From NCBI GenBank assembly GCA_963676565.1, contig OY781089.1, positions 608,001-672,000 on the forward strand: DNA of 64,000 nt, given 5' to 3'. Position 1 is the first letter of the stretch, and every line of letters begins with the position of its first letter. This DNA is from Halarcobacter sp. (GTDB taxonomy: Bacteria; Campylobacterota; Campylobacteria; Campylobacterales; Arcobacteraceae). The notes under the pieces are model-generated. The model saw only the letters and a program-made list of their open reading frames with translations, was not told the DNA's origin and made no database searches. Below are positions 1-9,736 of the stretch, one piece after another. A program made the position numbers and the translations under genes.

Positions 1-1
1 A

Positions 2-670
2 AGTGATATTTCTGCAACAGCATATAAACAAGAGGCTAAAAATTTACTAAAAGATTTAAAGCTTCCAGAAGGGTTTTATTATGAATGGGCAGGGCAAAGT
101 GAGTACTTAGAATCTGCGATGGAAAGACTGACTTATATTATTCCATTGACATTCGTAATAATCTTCATTTTAATATATTTTGCCCTTAGAAATATTACAT
201 ATACATTTATAATATTCTTTACCTTGCCCTTTGCCTTAACAGGTGGTATATTCTATTTAGAATATTTGAATTTTAATATATCAATTGCTGTTATTGTTGG
301 TTTCCTTGCCTTACTTGGTGTTGCAGCTGAAACCTCAATTGTTATGTTAGTTTATTTGCATGAAGCTATGGATAATCTTGTAAAAAAATGTCCATTGCCA
401 GAAAAAGAACATATTTCCCATGCTATTTATAAAGGAGCGGTTCTTAGATTAAGACCAAAACTCATGACTCTATTTGCAATTTTAGGGGGTCTTATTCCTA
501 TAATGTATATAGATGGTGTGGGTAGTGAAGTTATGCAAAGAATTGCCGCACCTATGATAGGTGGAATGGTATCCTCTGCATTTTTAACGTTAGTTATTAT
601 TCCAGCTGTATTTTATATATTAGCATTGAAAAAGGGTGGTAATATGGCAAAATGTGATTTATCTCATTGA
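2..670 (+). CDS. CusA/CzcA-family heavy-metal RND efflux transporter, C-terminal part (5' end outside window)
   Basis: Frame is open from nt 2 into ORF 119..670; motifs LPEGFYYEWAGQSEYL, GAVLRLRPKLMT, GSEVMQRIAAPMIGG. Confidence 0.9.
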   Translation, partial: SDISATAYKQEAKNLLKDLKLPEGFYYEWAGQSEYLESAMERLTYIIPLTFVIIFILIYFALRNITYTFIIFFTLPFALTGGIFYLEYLNFNISIAVIVGFLALLGVAAETSIVMLVYLHEAMDNLVKKCPLPEKEHISHAIYKGAVLRLRPKLMTLFAILGGLIPIMYIDGVGSEVMQRIAAPMIGGMVSSAFLTLVIIPAVFYILALKKGGNMAKCDLSH

Positions 671-709
671 TTTGTGGATAAGTCCCACGTTTACTACACA
701 AAAAAAGTC

Positions 710-845
710 TATAATACTCTTACAGTTTTAGAAAAACGATGACAACAACCAACACAAATATAATGAAACTTGAAATTTATTTTGACAGTGTGACAACCAA
801 CATAAAATTCTTCTCCTTAATCAAGTTTCATTATATTAAACTTAT
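710..845 (+). ncRNA. Candidate small RNA (TATAAT promoter, 17-bp inverted repeat, anti-SD motif)
   Basis: TATAAT at 710-715; perfect IR 757-773/821-837; ACAACCAACA twice; TTCTCCTT at 811-818. Confidence 0.35.
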
Positions 846-897
846 TAAAAATCAAAATTTTACGTAAAGTTGCTAGAAAATTAAAAAAAGAAAAAGA

Positions 898-1164
898 TTA
901 GTATTGTCTTCTAGGTCTTTCTTCTCTTGGTTTTGCTTCATTAACTCTAAGCGATCTACCTTCAATTTCACTTCCGTTTAAAGATTCAATAGCTTCATTT
1001 CCAGCAAGATCAGTCATCATTTCAACGAAACCAAATCCTTTAGATCTACCAGTTTCTCTATCCATAATCACTTTAGCACTTTTAACTTCGCCAAATTTAG
1101 CAAAAACTTTCTCTAAATCACTATCACTCATTCTATATGATAGGTTACCAACATAAATGTTCAT
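898..1164 (-). CDS. RRM (RNP-1) RNA-binding protein
   Basis: RNP2 IYVGNL and RNP1 KGFGFVEM. Confidence 0.95.
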   Translation of the reverse strand: MNIYVGNLSYRMSDSDLEKVFAKFGEVKSAKVIMDRETGRSKGFGFVEMMTDLAGNEAIESLNGSEIEGRSLRVNEAKPREERPRRQY

Positions 1165-1236
1165 TATTCCTCTTCCTTAATTAAAGTAATGAACATTATG
1201 CCCTATTTATTGATAATTAGCAAGTATATTTTCTAA

Positions 1237-2643
1237 TTATTTATCGAAATTTCGCTCAATTGCGTTGTTTATTCTCTTTTTTACCTCGTCAAAACCTAAA
1301 ATTGCCATGATATCATAAACAGATGGTGCTTGAGTTCCTCCTGTTAAAGCAATTCTAATTGGTTGGAAAAGTTGAGGGAATTTTAACTCAAATTCTTCAA
1401 TAAATGGCTTAGTAATTAATTCATAATCACATGCTAAATGAAGAGTATCTTTGTTCTTTTCTAAAAGTTCTAAGTATGTTTCTAAGATTTTAATAGTATT
1501 CTCTTTTACAAACTTTTTACTTCCTTTTGCTTCATACTCTGTTGGAACTTCAAGAATTTTATTTATTGCATCTTTTAATTCAACTAAAGTTTGAGCTCTT
1601 TCCTTTGAAAGATCTAATAACATCTCTTTTTTATCATGACCCTCTAAATGGCAATCAAAAAACTTTAACTCTTGAGCAAGTCTTTCATTAGAAACATTTT
1701 TAATATAGTGCGCATTTAACCATAAAAGTTTTTCTTCATTATATGAAGATGCCGATTTATTTATATTTTTTGGATCAAAAAGCTTTAACATCTCGTCCAT
1801 TGAAAATATCTCTTGATCTCCATTCGACCATCCAAGTCTAACTAGAAAGTTCAATAATGCTTCAGGTAAATATCCTTTTCTTTTATAATCCATTACATCA
1901 AGTGCACCATCTCTTTTTGATAGTTTTTTACCTTGTGGATTATTAATCATTGGAACATGATAAAATTTTGGAACATCAAATCCTAATGCTTCATATATAA
2001 TAATTTGTTTAGCTGTATTTGTTAAATGGTCATCACCTCTAATTACATCAGTCATTTCCATTAAAGCATCATCAATTGTTACAACAAAGTTATATGTTGG
2101 CATACCATTACTTCTTGCAATTACAAAATCATCAACTTCAGAACATTCAAAATTCATAATTGATTTAACACCATCAATAAAAGTGATTTTACCTTCTAGT
2201 GGAGCTTTGATTCTTACAACTGGCTCAACTCCCTCAGGAATCTCTGGTAAAGTTTTACCATCTTCAGGTCTCCATGTACCATCATATCTTGGAGTTTGTT
2301 TATTTGCCATTTGAGTTTCTCTTAAAGCATCGAGTTCTTCTTTACTCATATAACAATTATAAGCCTTACCCTCATCAAGTAATTGTTGAATATATTTTTT
2401 ATAAATATCTAATCTTTGCGATTGATACTCAACTTCACCATCATAACTTAATCCTACCCAATCAAATGCTTCAAGTATTGCACTCATAGCTTGCTCATTG
2501 TTTCTTTGAGTATCTGTGTCTTCTATTCTTAATCTAAATGTCCCATTGTTTCTTCTGGCCCATAAAAAACTATATAAAGCCGTTCTTAACCCACCAATAT
2601 GTAAATATCCAGTTGGGCTTGGAGCAAATCTAGTTATAGTCAT
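1237..2643 (-). CDS. gltX: Glutamate--tRNA ligase
   Basis: TRFAPSPTGYLHIGG (HIGH) and KKLSKR (KMSKS). Confidence 0.97.
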   Translation of the reverse strand: MTITRFAPSPTGYLHIGGLRTALYSFLWARRNNGTFRLRIEDTDTQRNNEQAMSAILEAFDWVGLSYDGEVEYQSQRLDIYKKYIQQLLDEGKAYNCYMSKEELDALRETQMANKQTPRYDGTWRPEDGKTLPEIPEGVEPVVRIKAPLEGKITFIDGVKSIMNFECSEVDDFVIARSNGMPTYNFVVTIDDALMEMTDVIRGDDHLTNTAKQIIIYEALGFDVPKFYHVPMINNPQGKKLSKRDGALDVMDYKRKGYLPEALLNFLVRLGWSNGDQEIFSMDEMLKLFDPKNINKSASSYNEEKLLWLNAHYIKNVSNERLAQELKFFDCHLEGHDKKEMLLDLSKERAQTLVELKDAINKILEVPTEYEAKGSKKFVKENTIKILETYLELLEKNKDTLHLACDYELITKPFIEEFELKFPQLFQPIRIALTGGTQAPSVYDIMAILGFDEVKKRINNAIERNFDK

Positions 2644-2651
2644 AATTTTCC

Positions 2652-2750
2652 TTATTTATCTTTTTTGTTATTATTCATAAAAAAGCCTATTGCCGAAAAA
2701 ATTGCAACGGCTGCAATAAAAATTAACATTGCATAATCAAGAGCTTGCAT
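2652..2750 (-). CDS. 32-aa single-pass membrane protein MQALDYAMLIFIAAVAIFSAIGFFMNNNKKDK (not in ORF track)
   Basis: AAGGA SD upstream; overlaps rlmN stop; its own stop abuts the gltX SD; hydrophobic core with basic tail. Confidence 0.65.
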   Translation of the reverse strand: MQALDYAMLIFIAAVAIFSAIGFFMNNNKKDK

Positions 2751-3807
2751 TAGCGTCCTTCTCTTTTAGTTGACCACATGCAGCTGAGATATCAAGACCT
2801 TTTGATTCTCTTATTGTACATAGAAGTCCTCTACTTGTTAAATAATCTTGGAATTTTAGCATATCGTTCCTTTCGGGTCTTTGATATGATGTACCTGGAT
2901 AAGGATTAAAGTAAATTAGATTTACTTTAGCTTTAATCCCATCAAGTAAGTTTAAGAGTTTTTTAGCACTTGCTATATCATCATTTTTATCTTTTATCAC
3001 TAAATACTCGAACATAACCTTTTTTCGAGCATCAACAGGAAATTTTCTAACTGCATCAATTATTGATTTGATATTGTATGCTTTATTCATTGGAATAAGT
3101 TCACTTCTTAAATCATCATCAACTGCATGTAAAGATATTGCAAGTTGAATACCTAGGTTTTCGTTACCTAGTTTTTCAATTTTTGATGAAAGTCCAGATG
3201 TTGAAACTGTTTGTCTTCTTCTATTTATTGAAAGTCCCTCTTCTTGAGAGAATACTTTTACAGAGTGAACAAAGTTATTATAATTGTCTAAAGGTTCACC
3301 CATCCCCATATAAACAATATTTAAAGATTTGTTCTCAGCAATGTCATTATCTCTTTTTATTTCTACTATTTGATCAACAATCTCACCCACAGTTAGGTTT
3401 CTTACAAAACCACCTTTTGCAGTTAAACAAAAAGTACATCCTACTTTACAGCCAACTTGTGTTGAGATACAAACTGTGTACTGTTCACTTCTTTCAATAG
3501 AACCATCTTCATTTATTTTTTTCTTCTTCATCAATAGCAAAACAGCTTCAACTGTATGTCCATCTCTTAATCTAAATAGATATTTTATACTTCCATCTAT
3601 ACTTTGTTCTTTTTTAACAATTTCAAGAATATTGATTGGGTAGTTTTCTTCTAATGTTTGTTTTAAATCATTTGGTATATTTTTCATCTCTTCATAAGAG
3701 TTTGCATATTTTTTGTATATCCAATTATAAACTTGCTTGGCTCTAAAGCTTGGTTTTAATTGTTCTTTTAATTCATCTAATGTGTAATCGTAAATTGAAT
3801 TTTCCAA
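2737..3807 (-). CDS. rlmN: 23S rRNA m2A2503/tRNA radical-SAM methyltransferase; probable TTG start at 3807
   Basis: CISTQVGCKVGCTFC, MGMGEPL, DISAACGQL; SD GAAAGGA before the TTG. Confidence 0.95.
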   Translation of the reverse strand: MENSIYDYTLDELKEQLKPSFRAKQVYNWIYKKYANSYEEMKNIPNDLKQTLEENYPINILEIVKKEQSIDGSIKYLFRLRDGHTVEAVLLLMKKKKINEDGSIERSEQYTVCISTQVGCKVGCTFCLTAKGGFVRNLTVGEIVDQIVEIKRDNDIAENKSLNIVYMGMGEPLDNYNNFVHSVKVFSQEEGLSINRRRQTVSTSGLSSKIEKLGNENLGIQLAISLHAVDDDLRSELIPMNKAYNIKSIIDAVRKFPVDARKKVMFEYLVIKDKNDDIASAKKLLNLLDGIKAKVNLIYFNPYPGTSYQRPERNDMLKFQDYLTSRGLLCTIRESKGLDISAACGQLKEKDANASS

Positions 3808-3841
3808 TTTTTTCCTTTCATTTATAAAACGTTTTTGATAC

Positions 3842-3857
3842 TGTTTCACGTGAAACG
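3842..3857. promoter_or_regulatory. parS centromere-like site (15/16 match)
   Basis: TGTTTCACGTGAAACG versus consensus TGTTTCACGTGAAACA. Confidence 0.85.
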
Positions 3858-3900
3858 TTAGAAAACTAAATACTTTAGCTTATAACGTAAAAGTGTAATC

Positions 3901-4446
3901 TTATGCATCATATTTGATTATATTTTTATCAATAAGATATTTTGTCAGCTTTGACATAGCTTCTTTATGATTATTTATAAAATCTTCATGAGCATTTTTA
4001 TTTGTGTAGTTAGTAATAACAAATATTCCTGCAGCGGGTATTCCAAACTCACGGGCAACTTGTACAATAGAAAAAAATTCCATATTTTCAATACCAATGC
4101 CATAATCACCATAGTTTTTCGCTAAATCTAAATTTGTAGATATATAGTTTGAACTATTTACAATTGTATCGTTTCTAACTAGTTCATTTTCTGATTCTAA
4201 TACTTTATCTAAGGGAGTATAAGAATCATCTCTTAAAAAAGAGATTTCCACATTTGAAGCTTTTCTTGATTCAACTATATCAAGAATATTATAGTTCCCA
4301 TAACTTCCTGCACTTCCTATAAACAATAAAAAATTTGGCTTATCAAATAAACATTTTTTTGTTAAATTTATGGCAGATTCAATAAGTCCTACTCCCATAG
4401 GTTCTGCAAATTTGAAAGTTTCATTTCTTCCAGCACAAACTATCAT
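3901..4446 (-). CDS. Purine-nucleoside phosphorylase-like protein (PNP/UDP family)
   Basis: GVGLIESA, FIGSAGSY, ENMEFF, ITNY motifs. Confidence 0.75.
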   Translation of the reverse strand: MIVCAGRNETFKFAEPMGVGLIESAINLTKKCLFDKPNFLLFIGSAGSYGNYNILDIVESRKASNVEISFLRDDSYTPLDKVLESENELVRNDTIVNSSNYISTNLDLAKNYGDYGIGIENMEFFSIVQVAREFGIPAAGIFVITNYTNKNAHEDFINNHKEAMSKLTKYLIDKNIIKYDA

Positions 4447-5111
4447 TCACATTCCATAGTATAATTTGTAAATATAACAATATTTTCTTGTTTTGTGTCA
4501 GGTATGGGTATACTTTTATTTTTTATATCGCTTGTTGAATATATTTTTCCTGTATTTGCATTCATTAGTTGATTGTCTTTATCTATCTCAATATTTTTTA
4601 AGGCACAATTTCTACCTAAATCGTTTGATATATTTTTGATGTAATTTATCCCCCAATTTATTGCTTCTAATCTTAATAAATCAAAAGTCACATTGTAAGT
4701 ATCTTCTGGAACACTCCATGCTAGATTAGTTAATGAAATTTCAGTATCTCTATTTCTTTTAAGTTTTGTCAATTCTGAAATAAATTCATCCATGTAATTT
4801 GCTTTATATGAGTTAACTTTATATCTTAATTCACCAATATATCCAGATACTTTAGGTGTATTCATTGCATGCTTATATTTAGGCCTTATTGATAGGCTTA
4901 TGAATTTTTTTTCAACTTTATCAAACTGTTTTATTGTTTCATTAAACTTGTTTAATCTTTGCTCCAGTCTATATTGTTTTTTGTCATCAATAGTTATTCT
5001 AATGTTTGTTGTTAATGTGTCATGTGGAAGTTCATGTATAAATTTTTTTTCAAATTTTAACTCAAATGAGAAAAGAAAAATTGGAAGAACAAGTAGACTC
5101 AATAGTTTCAT
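4443..5111 (-). CDS. Exported SIMPL (DUF541)-like protein
   Basis: Signal peptide; SIRPKY...GYIG pattern and overall size. Confidence 0.55.
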   Translation of the reverse strand: MKLLSLLVLPIFLFSFELKFEKKFIHELPHDTLTTNIRITIDDKKQYRLEQRLNKFNETIKQFDKVEKKFISLSIRPKYKHAMNTPKVSGYIGELRYKVNSYKANYMDEFISELTKLKRNRDTEISLTNLAWSVPEDTYNVTFDLLRLEAINWGINYIKNISNDLGRNCALKNIEIDKDNQLMNANTGKIYSTSDIKNKSIPIPDTKQENIVIFTNYTMECE

Positions 5112-5112
5112 T

Positions 5113-5874
5113 TTATATCCTTACAGGTATATTGTTTTCCCTCAAATAGTGTTTTAATTCCATAATATCAATTTCTTTAAAATGGAAAATTGATGCAGCT
5201 AAGGCAGCACTTGCCCCATGAGTAAATGCTTCTTTCATATGTTCCATAGTTCCTGCTCCACCACTTGCAATTACAGGAATATCTACTAGTGACGAAATTT
5301 TTTCAGTAATATTTAGTTCAAAACCAGACTTAGCACCATCAGTGTCCATAGAAGTCAAAAGTATTTCACCTGCTCCTCTATCATAAACTTCTTTTGCCCA
5401 TTGTAAAGCATCAATTCCAGTATCCTCTCTACCACCTTTTACAAAAACGTGGTATGAGCCATCGTCAACTTTTTTTACATCAATTGCCACAACAATACAT
5501 TGACTTCCAAATCTTTTTGCGCCTTCATTGATAAAGTCTGGATTAACAACTGCTGAAGAGTTTACAGAAACTTTATCACAGCCTACATTAAGTAGTTTAT
5601 AGATGTCATCTAGCTTTCGTATACCTCCACCAACAGTTAATGGTATAAAGACCTCTTTAGCAACACTTTTGACTATATCAACTATAGTATCTCTATTTTC
5701 GTGGCTTGCAGTAATATCTAAAAAAGTAATCTCATCGGCACCTTCATTATTGTATCTTTTTGCAACTTCTACAGGATCTCCTGCATCTCTTAAACCTACA
5801 AAGTTTACACCCTTTACAACTCTACCATCTTTTACATCTAGACATGGGATAATTCTTTTTGCAAAATAACTCAA
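5113..5874 (-). CDS. hisF: Imidazole glycerol phosphate synthase cyclase subunit
   Basis: [26 protein letters not shown]. Confidence 0.98.
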   Translation of the reverse strand: MSYFAKRIIPCLDVKDGRVVKGVNFVGLRDAGDPVEVAKRYNNEGADEITFLDITASHENRDTIVDIVKSVAKEVFIPLTVGGGIRKLDDIYKLLNVGCDKVSVNSSAVVNPDFINEGAKRFGSQCIVVAIDVKKVDDGSYHVFVKGGREDTGIDALQWAKEVYDRGAGEILLTSMDTDGAKSGFELNITEKISSLVDIPVIASGGAGTMEHMKEAFTHGASAALAASIFHFKEIDIMELKHYLRENNIPVRI

Positions 5875-5945
5875 ATTAGTTCCTTCATTTTTATGTAAAA
5901 ATCTTATCTAATTGTAAGTTAAAAGCAGATATACTCTTAATTCTT

Positions 5946-6746
5946 ATGGAAAAAGTTATAGCAAAAAAGAAATTTGGTCAAAATTTCTTAAAAGATCATA
6001 CCGTACTTAACAAGATCATCCAATCGATGCCCAATAACAATAATCATATTGTAGAAATAGGGCCTGGCTTAGGTGATTTGACAAAAAATTTAGTCAAGTA
6101 CAAAGACACGACTGCTTATGAAGTCGATACTGATTTAATCAGTATATTAAATTCTAAGTTTGCAAAAGAGATAGAAGAAAAGCGTTTTGAATTGATCCAC
6201 ACTGATGTTTTAGATGCTTGGGAGAAAAAAGGTAGTTTACATAATGGCAAATATGACTTAATTGCTAATTTACCTTACTATATTGCAACAAATATTATAT
6301 TAAGAGCATTTGAAGATGTTAACTGTGAAAATATAATTGTAATGATACAAAAAGAGGTGGCTGAAAAATTCTCTGCAAATGAGGGTGATAAAGAGTTCTC
6401 TTCCTTAAGTGTTATTACAAAAATGGTTTCAAAAGAGTGTAGGCTACTATTTGATGTACCTCCAGAATCTTTTGATCCGCCACCAAAAGTTACCTCTTCA
6501 ATTCTATATGTATCAAAAGATACTAGTGTAGAATTAGATAAAGACTTTATGAAGTTTTTGAAGGTTTGTTTTACACAACCTAGAAAGAAATTATCAAAAA
6601 ACCTTTTGTCGGTTATTGATAAAGAGTTTTTATCTAATATCTACAATGAACTTAATATAAAAGAGACTTTAAGACCTCATGAAGTAAGTGCGTCTTTGTA
6701 TAGCCAAATGTATACAAAGGTAAAGAATGGAAAACAACGAGGCTAA
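5946..6746 (+). CDS. rsmA: 16S rRNA dimethyladenosine transferase
   Basis: KKFGQNFL, EIGPGLG, ANLPYYI, PPPKVTS. Confidence 0.97.
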   Translation: MEKVIAKKKFGQNFLKDHTVLNKIIQSMPNNNNHIVEIGPGLGDLTKNLVKYKDTTAYEVDTDLISILNSKFAKEIEEKRFELIHTDVLDAWEKKGSLHNGKYDLIANLPYYIATNIILRAFEDVNCENIIVMIQKEVAEKFSANEGDKEFSSLSVITKMVSKECRLLFDVPPESFDPPPKVTSSILYVSKDTSVELDKDFMKFLKVCFTQPRKKLSKNLLSVIDKEFLSNIYNELNIKETLRPHEVSASLYSQMYTKVKNGKQRG

Positions 6747-8748
6747 AAATCAAGAAGATATAGCTAAAAAATCTGTTTCTTCAAACGAAGAAAAACCAAA
6801 ACAACAAAACAACAGAAGAAGACCTAGAAGTAATCAAGGAAATAAGCAAAACAGACAAGCTAATCCTAATACTACAAGTAATAATTCTTCTGAAGCAAAT
6901 AGTGAAAATCAAAATAAAACTACAAATTCTCAACAAAAAAGAAGAAGACCTAGTAATGGTAGTAGAGCAAAAACTCATCAGTCAAAAACAAACAGTACAT
7001 GGATTAATGACTTAAAAAAAGCTCATATCATCAATGAAAAATCTCATAAAGATAGATTAAATCCACACAATAAATTAAACCTTTCTACTAATGCAAAAGT
7101 TAGAATTACTCCATTGGGAGGATTAGGTGAAATTGGTGGAAATATGATGGTAATTGAAACTGAAAATTCTGCAATTATTGTTGATGTTGGTATGAGTTTC
7201 CCTGATGAAGATATGCATGGTGTCGATATTTTAATCCCAGATTTTACATATATTAGACAAATCAAAGATAAAATTGAAGCTGTTGTAATTACACATGGAC
7301 ATGAGGACCACATTGGTGCAATGCCTTATTTATATAAAGAATTACAGTTTCCAATTTATGGTACTTCACTACCATTAGAGATGATTGGTTCAAAATTTGA
7401 TGAACATAAAATAAAAGATCATAGAAAATTCTTTAGACCAGTAGAAAAAAGAGTTCCAATTAAAATTGGTGATTTTGAGATTGAATGGATTCATATTACT
7501 CACTCAATTATTGATGCTTCTTCATTAGCAATCAAAACAGAAGCGGGAACAATTATCCATACAGGTGACTTTAAAATTGACCATACTCCAATTGATGGTT
7601 TTCCAACAGATTTACATAGATTTGCTCATTATGGAGAGGAGGGTGTTTTATTATTAATGTCTGATTCAACTAACTCTCACTCACCAGGTTTTACTAAATC
7701 TGAAAAAACAGTTGGCCCTACTTTTGATAGATTATTTTCTACAGCTAAGGGTAGAGTTATTATGTCAACTTTCTCATCAAACATCCATAGAGTTGCACAG
7801 GCAATTGATCATGCTATGAAATATGGTAGAAAAGTTTGTGTTATTGGAAGATCAATGGAAAAAAACTTAGATTTAGCAATGAGTTTAGGTTATATTAAAT
7901 TTCCAAAAGATCAATTTATTGATGCTCACGAAGTTAATAAATATAAAGATAATGAAGTTTTAATTGTAACTACAGGTTCTCAAGGTGAATCTATGAGTGC
8001 TCTTTATAGAATGTCAATTCATGAACATAGACATATTAAAATTAAGCCAGGTGATCAAATTATCCTTTCTGCAAAAGCAATTCCTGGAAATGAAGCAAGT
8101 GTATCTCAAATAATCAACCACTTACTTAAAGCTGGTGCGCAAGTTGCTTATCAAGATTTTAGTGAAATTCACGTTTCTGGACATGCTGCACAAGAAGAGC
8201 AAAAATTAATGTTAAGATTAGTAAAACCTAAATTCTTTATGCCAATACATGGTGAATACAATCATGCAGTAAAACATGCAAAAACTGGTGTAGATTGCGG
8301 TGTTCTTGAAAGAAATACATATATTATGAGTGATGGTGAACAAGTTGAAGTTAGCCCAAAATATCTTAAAAAAGTTAAGTCAGTAAAAACAGGAAAAGTT
8401 TATATTGACAATCAATTAAACAACAAAATCTCAAATGATATTGTTATGGATAGACAAACTATGGCGAACGAAGGTGTTGTTATGATTGTTGCTCAAATTA
8501 ATGAAAATGATAGAAAAATGGAACAAAGACCAAGGGTTTCATCTTTTGGTTTAGTACCAGATAAGTTGGATAAACAATTTTCAAAAGAGATTGAAGATTT
8601 ATTATTAACTTTCTTAGAAAATGTAAAAGAGGGTATCTTCAAAAACAATAAAATTGTTGAAGATGAAATTAGAAAAGTTGTTAGAAAACATTGTGTTAGA
8701 AAATACAAAAAATACCCAGTGATAGTTCCAACGATTTTTGTTATATAA
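6727..8748 (+). CDS. rnj: Ribonuclease J with ~120-aa low-complexity N-terminal extension
   Basis: PLGGLGEIGGNM, THGHEDHIG, HTGDFK, HVSGHA. Confidence 0.97.
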   Translation: MENNEAKNQEDIAKKSVSSNEEKPKQQNNRRRPRSNQGNKQNRQANPNTTSNNSSEANSENQNKTTNSQQKRRRPSNGSRAKTHQSKTNSTWINDLKKAHIINEKSHKDRLNPHNKLNLSTNAKVRITPLGGLGEIGGNMMVIETENSAIIVDVGMSFPDEDMHGVDILIPDFTYIRQIKDKIEAVVITHGHEDHIGAMPYLYKELQFPIYGTSLPLEMIGSKFDEHKIKDHRKFFRPVEKRVPIKIGDFEIEWIHITHSIIDASSLAIKTEAGTIIHTGDFKIDHTPIDGFPTDLHRFAHYGEEGVLLLMSDSTNSHSPGFTKSEKTVGPTFDRLFSTAKGRVIMSTFSSNIHRVAQAIDHAMKYGRKVCVIGRSMEKNLDLAMSLGYIKFPKDQFIDAHEVNKYKDNEVLIVTTGSQGESMSALYRMSIHEHRHIKIKPGDQIILSAKAIPGNEASVSQIINHLLKAGAQVAYQDFSEIHVSGHAAQEEQKLMLRLVKPKFFMPIHGEYNHAVKHAKTGVDCGVLERNTYIMSDGEQVEVSPKYLKKVKSVKTGKVYIDNQLNNKISNDIVMDRQTMANEGVVMIVAQINENDRKMEQRPRVSSFGLVPDKLDKQFSKEIEDLLLTFLENVKEGIFKNNKIVEDEIRKVVRKHCVRKYKKYPVIVPTIFVI

Positions 8749-8756
8749 GGTAGAAA

Positions 8757-9722
8757 ATGGATTTTAATAAAATTGCCCAAGAGGTATTAGATACTGAAGC
8801 AAATGAATTAATAAATGCTTCGAAAAATATTTCAGATTTTGATCTAGAAAAAGCTATAGAATTAATTGTTAATTGCAAAGGAAAACTTATAGTTACTGGT
8901 GTTGGAAAATCAGGACTTGTAGGTGCAAAGATTGCTGCAACATTAGCAAGCACAGGTACATCATCGTTTTTCCTACATCCAACGGAAGCTATGCATGGTG
9001 ATTTAGGTATGATTGGTAAAGAAGATATTGTTTTAGGTATTTCATATAGTGGGGAAAGTGAAGAATTGATTCAATTACTTCCTCACCTTAAAAGATTTGA
9101 TATACCATTAATTGCAATGGCAAAAAGTAAAAAATCTACCTTAGGTAAATACTCAGATTTCTTTTTTGATATCTCAGTTTCAAAAGAAGCTTGTCCTTTA
9201 GATACTGCACCAACTTCTTCAACTACATTAACTATGGCAATGGGTGATGTTCTTGCTGTTTGCTTGATGAAAAAAAGAAATTTCCAAAAAGAGGATTTTG
9301 CATCATTTCATCCAGGTGGAAGTTTAGGGAAAAAACTATTTATTAAAGTATCTGACCTATTAAGAACTAAAGATTTACCAATTGTTTCACGTGAAACAAA
9401 ACTAAAAGATGCAATTGTAACTATGAGTGAAGGTAGACTTGGAAATGTATTAATTACAGATGAAGAGGGTAAACTAAGCTCTGTATTAAGTGATGGAGAT
9501 TTAAGAAGAGCCTTAATGAACGATGACTTTTCAATGGACTGTGAGATTGAAGAGATTGCAACAAAAAATCCTAAAATTATTGATGACCAAAATATTTTGG
9601 CAAGTGATGCACTTAAGATTGTTGAAGATTTTAAAATTCAATTATTGATTGTTACTGATAAAGATAAAAAAATAGTTGGTGTTTTACACATTCATGACCT
9701 GATTGAAGCAGGTATAAAATAA
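8757..9722 (+). CDS. kdsD: Arabinose-5-phosphate isomerase (KpsF/GutQ; SIS plus CBS domains)
   Basis: GVGKSG, HPTEAMHGDLG, APTSST, HPGGSLG. Confidence 0.9.
   Translation: MDFNKIAQEVLDTEANELINASKNISDFDLEKAIELIVNCKGKLIVTGVGKSGLVGAKIAATLASTGTSSFFLHPTEAMHGDLGMIGKEDIVLGISYSGESEELIQLLPHLKRFDIPLIAMAKSKKSTLGKYSDFFFDISVSKEACPLDTAPTSSTTLTMAMGDVLAVCLMKKRNFQKEDFASFHPGGSLGKKLFIKVSDLLRTKDLPIVSRETKLKDAIVTMSEGRLGNVLITDEEGKLSSVLSDGDLRRALMNDDFSMDCEIEEIATKNPKIIDDQNILASDALKIVEDFKIQLLIVTDKDKKIVGVLHIHDLIEAGIK
9383..9398. promoter_or_regulatory. parS site (perfect consensus) inside kdsD
   Basis: TGTTTCACGTGAAACA, 16/16. Confidence 0.9.
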
Positions 9723-9736
9723 ACCAAAGGAATGCC

